Assembly: GCF_964204645.1 (NCBI RefSeq)
Contig: NC_134025.1
Location: 2,976,001 to 3,040,000 of the forward strand
Length of the DNA stretch: 64,000 nucleotides
DNA from: Tubulanus polymorphus
Lineage: Eukaryota; Animalia; Nemertea
Reading direction: 5' to 3'
In this document: positions 55,001 through 64,000 of the stretch, piece after piece
Layout of the letters: each line of letters opens with the position of its first letter
How positions within the stretch are numbered: the stretch's first letter is position 1
Notes under the pieces: generated by a model
Told to the model about the DNA's origin: nothing
The model's database searches: none
What the model saw: only the letters and a program-made list of their open reading frames with translations
Program-made: the position numbers and the translations under genes

Positions 55001-58000
55001 TATTTCTGGTGAGCGCCTTTGTAACTACATCGATAGAAAATGTATGATTAAATATTCATCATTTACGTCAAATCTGTCAAAGTGCCAAAATTAAAAATAA
55101 CGTTTTTATCACGAGACAAAAACTATTTATACTACTAAGCCGTCGTTTGAGCATTGCCAATCGACGTGTGTAAATAATCGCCCAAATAATCCACAGCGGC
55201 TGAATCGTTATGGGACTTAATAATCATCGAGGAATTTTATAGAATCGCGCTGTATCGCTTTATAGAACGAACCAAACGTTGGGTCATTGAAAGCGAACTC
55301 GTGATTATACGGTTTTCTTCACGGCGACATCAATACTCTTCCAAACGAGCCAAGTGTTTGATTGGCATGCATCACGACAACTTCTCGTGTACCATCTAAT
55401 GCACGCAATGTCCATTAACCCAGGACACCTTTCTTTCCACTGATAACAGTTTTTTACTCCATATATTTAGCGGCTTAAGTGCACAAGGCGTTAGGAAGTA
55501 CAGCTCTTAAGATAATTATATTGTTCATTTTACACCGACTCACGAGTCCTTAATCTTAGCCTGCTTCAGAAAGCAAACTGCCCTCGCAAAAGTCGGCTGT
55601 TTCGGATTCGATTTGTCACGTCAACTAACATTGACGTGAGGATGGAGAACATATGGGGTAGACTGACTCAAATTCTCACGAATTGATAAAACTAAAGCTA
55701 CCACTGGGAGATTCTTCTGCCATACTCATCATCGACATGATCGAGCAAATAGAATCTCTCGCTACCTCAATAGATAAAGATGAATAGCCGTTGATAAAAA
55801 AGAAGACGCGTCGTACACATTGACTGATTGAATTATCCAAACTCTTTAAGGCTAGCAAACCGATGCCAGATCATCTATAGTAGTAGCACAGACCTAACAG
55901 TTGTCAACGGTCACGATTTCAGCGCTCCGCGTATACTCAAACATACGATACCGATAGATATGTGGTGAGTTTCGTATCGAAGCAGCCCTCGGGTCAATCG
56001 ACACACTAATGTATACCAACAAGCGTCATTGTACAGTAATGAGACTGTTTCATTTCGTGTTCATAAATGGGTTCAGCCTCTAGCTATACCTTGATTGGAA
56101 AGACGACAGAGAAATCTTACAATATCTTATTGGATTCGATGCAATCTAATTTTCTGCGGACGGTTTTTCTAACGTTTCGCTGGCGCCCATGTTAGTTATT
56201 TCGCATATTATATTTCAAGAACACATGTTCACGACGCAAAACCCACTCAGTGAAAATCTTTGATTGAAATTAGATATCTTCCAACCTCACCACTCCACTA
56301 ATCTAATGGACAGAAATCTTGATTCATGACAATATTCTAACGCGAGCCGCTTTTTCATCGGATGTTTTAAGATTTTGCATGAGCTATCTTCTCTATGTTC
56401 TCAGCTCATTTAGCATTATTGTACGTCTATTTCTCTCAATGCGTATTATCACTGTAAAGTTATGATTACTGCGCTATTTACCATAATTCTCCATTTATCA
56501 AACTGTGTAATGGCCCCGATGAAGCAAAGTATTGGATCGACGACTAAGAGATAACATTGGTAATTAGGATTCACCCAAGGCACGATTAGGACGTTCGTGC
56601 CTTCGTTGTATTTGCGTCGCAACTGGTAAAGATGTTGCTGAAGGCGATACAGTAACTTATTGTCGGTTTCCAAAATGAAATATCGGTCTTTGGTGAAGTA
56701 TTTTTCCTATAAAGAAGTTCGAATTCCCCTCATTTTTTCCCGTATAGCTATCTATAGTGAAATACGGAATAGAGTACGGGGATTTTTTACTTCGTCTAGC
56801 GGAGGCAATGCATGAGATCAGAAACAAGAAATATCGGCAGGTGGTCGTCTGATAATGTACGCTACGTTCAACAATAACTGTACTGGTGAAAGCAAAATGA
56901 GATCTCATAAGAATCTATTTTTAATATCTCCAATTTGACGCATGCTTCAATCACACGAGCATGTAAAAACAGGAAAATTGAAAATCAGGTAGACATTAAT
57001 TATTCATTTACCAGTTATTTTTTATTTTGGAATATTTACACCTGGCATCAGAAGACTTTAAAAAACAGCTAACATATCTTCATTATCTTGGTATATATTG
57101 TTTCTTTGATATGTAAGGTATCACAGAGATATTTTAGTTCTAGTGGTAAAATGAACAAGAGGAGACCATTATATGAAAGTAGACCGCCGTGTGTTCTCAT
57201 TCTGCGTTCTTTTTTTGACAGATAAGTGGAAAACAAAAAACAGAAAAAGAGAAGCGAAAAGGTACTCAACGTAGGAATATTCTATCAAAATGTCACCATT
57301 AGGCTGTATGAAGACATGCGTGTCTTTTCTTCCATTTGTGTCGATATGACCGACAAGTTCCCATTATGCACTATGGGAACGCGACTGAAGGGGCTGTGGC
57401 AGACAATCTTAAAACTCTCGCTATACTTTCAATCCATTTCAGGAAGGGATTCGAGCAAATCTAGTACCGATACAGGTTACAATAGTTCCACGACTAATGT
57501 ATCAGCAATTCACAGAAATGTTACTTTTGCTGCAGGTCTGTTATTTTGTTTGAACTGTGAAAATAAGCTCGTCTCCATCAATTCGAATGATTTTTTTTTT
57601 GTACTGGAAAATGATCCCAGAAATCTAATTCAAAATCGCTGTATTTGATCTAATCAATCGTTTTTACACTCGTTATAGCTTATGTTTTGAGATAAGTAAT
57701 ATATGTTTTCAGTTCGTCATAGCGATACTCTAGAAGAAGAGCGTAGTAGCGAGGACAGTATTCAGAATTTACGCTCCACGCAGTTCAAGAAAGTGGTAAG
57801 AATTCTATGATCGTCAAAATCACAAACGATTGGGTGGGATAGAATACGAATGCATAAAAAGTCATCATGAGCTAGATAATAGAAACTTGAAGTGAACATA
57901 TTTGTGTAAAATCTGTCGTTGTAGTCGAGAAGGAAAGATACCCCGGCATACATTCCGAAACTGCGACCAAGTTGTGTACGAGGTAGGCTAAACACGTCTA

Positions 58001-61000
58001 CACACAGCACCCCAGCACAGCACAGCACTCCAGTACCCACAGCTTTCATATATCCATCCAAATATTTAGAGTGTCTTTCTTCCTGGATGTCAAGATCAAT
58101 GATTCAATAATGTGTGCGTTTATCGATTTGATGTAAACTCTAAAATGAATATATCGAATATAAAGCCATTAGTATGCACACTTCCATCTCTGAATTATGT
58201 GCGGACAGTTTGAGTGAATATATCAATTTGTCAACACATCTTGCAGTGACTCCAATCGATACGACTTAATGAATGAGGGAGGAACAGTTCAAACGATTTG
58301 GGCAATATTGTATTTTCGTTATTCGGATTTCGCCGATCAAATGATTCTGAATTCATCTTCTTGGATTTGCTGGTTAAAACCAGATCTTGAGTTCTTGTAA
58401 TGAAGTCTTATAATGGATGTCTGGTCTGTATTGCGACACGTCACATTTCATGCTATATTTGAAATCTGTTCCACCAACTAAATCATGGGAAATATCGAAT
58501 ATCAGGTTGTAATAAGGTTGCTCGATCAATTATGCATGTATGAACGGTAAACCCTGTACAGAGAGAATTTTACGTTGAATATAGCTTTTGTAAAATGTAG
58601 AATTCATCAGGGATGACTGTTTATCCTAATGTCAAAATTAGCTGTCTATTCAATTTTGCCCAATATTTACGAGATGAATTAACAATACATAGATGCAGAA
58701 GTATAAACTACTAGGAAATGTAAACTTAAATCTAAAAACAGGTGCATATTTTAGAAATACATTCATATAAAGAAGTTGGAGATATATATGCAGTATTCAT
58801 GATGAATTCAGAAACGAAAATGAAAGAATTCATTCATTCTCGCCTTCCTCAACGGTAACCACGTACAGCACCTGTCTCAGTAAATTGTCAAATGATCAAT
58901 TTAGATTGATCAGTGTTATTGGTGGCGTGCGTATATCTGTAAATGTGATCGCACTTAAAAAAAAAACAACGAATTCATTAATTCCGTCATGAAATAAGGT
59001 AACTGAATGCTTACATCGTCTATTCGATAAGATTTGTCTTCAGCTTTTTAAAACAGTTCTTGAATTTGTAGTCGTTGTGCGTGCTGGGAGGATTTCTGGT
59101 AATTTGTGAACAATCATTTATCATCAGTGCAACGAAACTATTTCATCATTTTTCACTGGTGACTTCACGTGGTTTTTACGTTTCCGGCTCATCGTGGAAT
59201 TTATTTTATCCAAATGCGAAATAAATTACTGGAAAAACATTTCAGAAAACGATAGATATTTCATTCAACTGCGCTACACGCCGCACGCAATTTACCCAGA
59301 CTATTATGACGGATTCGAATTGAATAAATAATCTAGGAGAGTTTTTCGTGTATTCATAGGAAAGTCTACCAGACACAAAAACAGTCCATCTATCGTAGTC
59401 GAGGAAGAAGACGACCTTCAAGGAAAATCGAGGAAGGTTTTGCTTCGCGAAATTCCGCAACTGACGCAACAGAATATTTCTCCCAATTTATTACTAATTA
59501 ATGGAGAAAACACAAGTATGTCTACATTCTACAAAACAAATTCACAAACTGGTAGATGCATTTGCGAACTCTTTATATGATGGAAATTAAACGAAGTATC
59601 CCATCGCGTGCACTCTTGTAATTTAAAATGCAGTGGCAGTTCAATTTACGACTACGCATTTGATAACATGTTCTTTGTACGATCTTTTCTCTAGGAGCAA
59701 TGAGTGAGAGTACTTTAGGTAAAGACGACAGTGATTTAAAGAAAAATCATGGAAATCTGAAAATATGTGGTGAACAGGGTTCACAAGATGAAAATGCATT
59801 ACCACAACGACCACACAGTTCCATAGGTTGCCACAAGAACACGAATCTACTAGATTTCCCTTCCAACCAAGGTTCGTTACTTTTTTCTTAACGGCGTAAA
59901 AACCGTTGCAATAAGGTTTTTATACATTGATGCTTTTTAAGGCGTACTTTGCGCACTACGTCATCAATATATGCTTTTAAAAATTACAATTGGTAAATTT
60001 TGGTGCCCATTTTGCAATGAAATATATTTCATTACTCTTATTTTCTGTTTAATTTATTTCCACGCGTTCATTATAATGAACTAGAATATTATGTGAATGG
60101 ATGTGCACTACGTCATCAATATCGTGGTTAGACTGGTTACCGGTCAATTAAATTGAATAACCGATATCTCCGAATTCAAAATAACTTGATGGATCCTTTA
60201 ATGTTATATTAATCATATTGTCGATCATTAAGGCAATGTATGCAATTTTTTTAAGCGTACTAGACTAGTAACCACGGTGTAACAGGTCACCTATATGGTT
60301 CATATCCGGAGGGTTGATATTACAGTCCACGGAAAGTTATGATTGATGAGCTATCTGCTGAACTTTATATCACAGGACTCAATTTCATTTATCACCAGTG
60401 GTCGGTTTCGCTTCGTAACCATATCTGATCGATTTCGGCTGCCAGATGATTTAATGGAAATGTGGAGATCGTGAGGATCGTTACACTAACATTACTGGCA
60501 ACGAAGAAAAAAACACAATCATAGATTATATTTTCATTTACCGCGCTTAATATTCATTAAACCTTTGAATACATTACCCGTATTCAAGTATTCGGCAGTT
60601 AATTTACTGTTTGTTTAAAAAAGGGGTTAAAATTGGTAGCACTATGCGACGAAAAGACACTCCGGCAGTTTCGCCACATCCTAAAAGAATATTGAGAGGT
60701 AGGATTCATTTGTCTGATGAGTGGTGAAAATATTCAGAATCCCACCCAGTAACGAAACATTACTCGACGTTAATGATAACACGCCATCTTCAGGGTTTCA
60801 CGAATGTAAAGATGTCGATACCAGAATACGAGAACAAAATGAGAAGCCTGCAGTTCCTACCGATATGATATCTTTGTGCGAAACTAGAATGCTAGAATTA
60901 CCCCTGAACGAGGGTTGTAAGTCAGATATTGTAAAATAAACGTACACAACCCATCTAACTAATTAAATTTTCATATTGTTGTCTTGTTCTACCGTTGTCT

Positions 61001-61935
61001 TTTGTTCTACTAACATCGCATCGTTGTGTTCGGAACGACGTCTTTTGAAATGGCTTGTGTTTCTTTCTAAGTCAAAAGGAATGTTTCTTGGATGAGAATC
61101 GATCTGACATATCTCTCGATTTCCTACGTCACGAGGTTTTCTTTCGTCGTCGCAGACGATGGCGGTCGGGTATAGAAGTTGTTGTTCGATTCTCAAAGAT
61201 TTTCTTCGTGGAAAAAGTTACTTGCCCGAATAATGCAAACTGCGTTGTTGCTTAAACATCGGATGATTATCCTTTGAGACAAGTTTAGTAATAATCAGGT
61301 GCATTACATATAATGCCCGTGGCAGTTACTGAAATAACTTCCTGTTTAATCCTTTAAAAGACAGCGGCGCATTCATGAGTAACACCAGCGAATTTTCTTT
61401 CTTTGACACAGCTCCCCGAAGTAAAAGCCAACCAAGCCTGGAAACAATAGAGAAGATATCTACACATGCGCAGTGCGGTGCAAAAATCGGAAATAAGGTG
61501 TTAATGAGAAAAACAACTCCAGCCCAACTGCCGAAATTAGAGAGACTTAAAGGTATATAACGTATAAGAAACTTCTTATTCCGATGAGACGTGAATTCCG
61601 ATATTCCATGAACAGTGCATAATCCCGCACTTAGATGATAAGTAGAAAATAATCAAATGAAGATAATTAGACCAAAAATTATCATTGAAATAAACAAAAT
61701 TGACATAGAAACAAAGGTAAATAATCTTTTTTAACATAGAAAAGACCAATATCTACACTGGACTATGGATATTTTGCATTAAATTTGTTTTAGTTCGTGT
61801 TTTTTTTTCAAATTTCGTGTTCGCTTTTCAGTTAAAAAAAACGCACCAACATCGGAACTGATGGAAGAGGAAGAGGAGGGCGAGGAAGAGGAGAAGGACG
61901 ATGAAATAGTAGTTGGAGCAGTCGGAGGCCAATAA
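43095..61935 (+). CDS. Uncharacterised multi-exon gene (~450 aa): putative folded N-terminal region, disordered Ser/charged C-terminus with acidic tail
   Basis: Phase-consistent GT-AG exons: (43095-43103 tentative), 47973-48249, 48455-48567, 49518-49625, 57222-57261, 57443-57535, 57713-57795, [one phase 0->1 exon needed; candidate 59044-59098], 59695-59871, 60794-60916, 61361-61552, 61832-61935 (TAA). AATAAA at 62401. Reads ...MSTVTQSQERARGIIDAVITSSVPCPAIILEQFD...VDWGLLVLEKQAVLPDLILDDTYRVFAILKE...VMYQTYVDSDKVATDSAFAYLLQAWLTERGPLRKLK...SSTDTGYNSS...MEEEEEGEEEEKDDEIVVGAVGGQ*. Confidence 0.65.
47641..47668. repeat. (AAAT)n microsatellite
   Basis: AAATAAATAAATAAATAAATGAATAAA. Confidence 0.85.
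54924..54952. repeat. Imperfect (CT)n microsatellite
   Basis: CTCTCTCTCTATCTCGCTCTCTTTCTCTC. Confidence 0.8.
59930..60276 (+). repeat. Dispersed repeat, copy B, with an internal ~152-bp subrepeat (intronic)
   Basis: GCACTACGTCATCAATAT recurs at 59953 and 60105; TTTTAAG(G)CGTACT recurs near 59935 and 60249. The second unit aligns to 34770-34943. Confidence 0.65.
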
Positions 61936-62915
61936 CACAATGTATAATATATATATGTTCAACTGTTCGTGTTTATTTTCCGCTGAGTTACTATCATTTA
62001 GTGTCCTTGGGTTTCCCTTGACAATGATTTAAAATCACTTTAACAAAAACAGGTTCATTCAATGTGTTTTTTATAACGAGCACAATGATTTACTGATCGA
62101 CGATTTTGTTGTAGATTGTTTACTTTCTGTCCCGATACAAAAAACACGTTGTAGTAAATTAAGTGGAATGACTTACCGATGTAAAAAAAACCTAGTACTG
62201 TAACCCCAAAAAGGTAATAGCATAAAGCTAACGTTATGAATAGTACTTATTTGTGCCGGGTTAAGTTTTGTTTTAACGTTTTGTTTTCTGTTTTAAAACT
62301 CGTATAAAAAGATGTACCATACCTTTGTTCATGTACCAACACAACCTCTGCGTCGATGGCAAGCAACTTTTGTCGAAAATTATTTCTAACTGTATTTTAT
62401 AATAAATGTACCGAATATATTATATCTTAAACTACAAATTTCGTTGGGAATATCTTGACTTGATTCTCTACCGGTATCGGCAGTTGATGAAGCAGTTTAA
62501 ATTTCATGTTTATTAACTTGATTTTCATCGAAAACTGACAAACGGTTGTGAAGCGCCACGTGTTGATACCCGTGACATTTGGATGATATGGGTAATCTGA
62601 ATACCCACCCGGGCAGACCCGTCAATGTTTTTCGATTTCCCCGGAAAGCTATGTACCTTTTATAATAAGATATGCATTGATAAGAGATAATCCTTTCCAA
62701 TTAATTTTCTGCTGATAAACTAATAAGCTTACAAGGGTGGGGTTTAGTATTACACATATATCGAGGATAGTCTATGGATTGGGAATTCATTGTAACCCGC
62801 GACATCATGACAAGGAGCAATATCTCACATATACGCGCACAAAATGTGTGAACGGATATTCTAAGAGTTCGACATTTATTGTCGCGTTCGATTCCGGCGG
62901 ACAGTTCTAGTGAGA

Positions 62916-64000
62916 ATGTCTGACAACAAAACGGAGATCTGCGACGAAGCGCGCAAAAAGTTGGCGCGTGTATCTGGAGGGATGCATTGGCCTTCGAGTT
63001 CGATGGATTTCACGACTAAAATGGTCGAGAAAAGTGTTTTATACGACTGCAAATTGATAGGTAACAATAATGGATTCATGACTATAGAAGCCACAACTAT
63101 TTGTTTACTTTGTGTTTTTGGTGCAATCGCAAACGCTCGTATAATCATTCCAATAGTTTTCACTTTTAATCCTCAACGACATCTTATCGTTCTCATCACC
63201 AATTTGTCGTTCGCTAATTTCGTCATCAGCACCATTTATGTTCCGGTTCATTCGTACCACGTGATTTTGCATTCTACCGTGTCTCCGTCGTGGTTTTGCA
63301 CTGGGATGAAAGCAGTAATGCGTTTACTGGGAAGCGTTGCCTTGGCGACAACGTTGGCTATAGCGCTCAAACTGCACTGTTATCTGAGCGTTAGTGATAA
63401 GCAAGCTATTGAAAAACCGGACATATCGGCGTCAGTGGTTCGTCTAACTTGCATTTGGGGAATTTCTTTGATTGTGTTCGTTTTGCCGAATGTAGTCAAA
63501 GTCGCTAATTTGGACTTTTTTCCAACCGACGATGTGTGCGCAGTACACGAACAATTTTCGCTCTCATATTCCTGTTTGTATTCGGACTGCGGTTATAAAT
63601 CATTCGCTCTCACTGTCCACTGCGCCCAAATACTGGTCACTTGTTTCTGTCTGATCAAAGTGCACCACCGAATCGTCCGCGGTAGACGAGCGAGACTCTG
63701 CACGAAAGGTGCCCAAAAACATTACAAAATGGCAACTATCACAACAAGATCGTTGCTAACAATCTACGTACTAACATGGGTTCCGCTTTATTTGAGAAAC
63801 ATTATGTCAGTATTCATGAACGTTTCACATACTTTAACGCATCTGGTGATGCTGGCGTATTTCGTCGGAACATTCAGCACATCGGTCGTGTTTCTGTACG
63901 GTGTGCGCTCATTGCGATATCAAATTGGAAAGTTTTGTCCCTGTTGCGAGCGGAAAGCGGCTCAGTTGACTAAAGAATCTACGGATGATGTCGTATCGTC
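62916..64000 (+). CDS. Intronless divergent class A (rhodopsin-like) GPCR, 3' end beyond the window
   Basis: Open frame from ATG 62916 (upstream in-frame TAA at 62862) to the window end, >=361 codons; absent from the ORF track because no stop is reached. Features: N-terminal sequon NKT and seven hydrophobic segments, TM1 CVFGAIAN, TM2 ITNLSFANF, ECL1/TM3 WFC, TM3 end LAIALKLHC, TM4 CIWGISL, ECL2 Cys, TM6 LTWVPLY, TM7 STSVVFLY, and a Cys cluster (FCPCC) after helix 8. Confidence 0.88.
   Translation, partial: MSDNKTEICDEARKKLARVSGGMHWPSSSMDFTTKMVEKSVLYDCKLIGNNNGFMTIEATTICLLCVFGAIANARIIIPIVFTFNPQRHLIVLITNLSFANFVISTIYVPVHSYHVILHSTVSPSWFCTGMKAVMRLLGSVALATTLAIALKLHCYLSVSDKQAIEKPDISASVVRLTCIWGISLIVFVLPNVVKVANLDFFPTDDVCAVHEQFSLSYSCLYSDCGYKSFALTVHCAQILVTCFCLIKVHHRIVRGRRARLCTKGAQKHYKMATITTRSLLTIYVLTWVPLYLRNIMSVFMNVSHTLTHLVMLAYFVGTFSTSVVFLYGVRSLRYQIGKFCPCCERKAAQLTKESTDDVVS

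Noticed and set aside
1-64000. Prokaryotic systems (CRISPR array, operons, rRNA/tRNA genes)
   Set aside because: I saw no regularly spaced direct repeats or RNA-gene signatures. Low gene density and spliceosomal introns indicate an animal nuclear genome.

Overview
AT-rich animal genomic DNA with spliceosomal GT-AG introns; it looks like an invertebrate, possibly a lophotrochozoan (inference). Only one long ORF in the supplied track is clearly a real gene: an intronless headcase (HECA) homolog at 13169-14671 (+), with a probable ~4 kb 3'UTR. Manual splicing and translation show three more genes that the track fragments or misses. (1) An 11-12-exon minus-strand gene (12095->9343) lies head-to-head with headcase. 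It encodes signal peptide + Cys-rich ectodomain + EGF-like module + one TM helix + a cytoplasmic SH3 domain lacking the canonical Trp. This architecture is unusual for animals and is the most interesting object here. (2) A plus-strand multi-exon gene (~43095/47973-61935) has an unrecognised N-terminal region and a disordered tail with beta-TrCP-, PP1- and 14-3-3-type motifs. (3) An intronless, divergent class A GPCR lacking DRY and NPxxY starts at 62916 and runs off the window end. Also present are two MITEs with clear TIR/TSD, a dispersed repeat, CRE-rich promoter candidates, a candidate 60-aa smORF and degraded coding relics. All gene models were built by eye and no database search was run.
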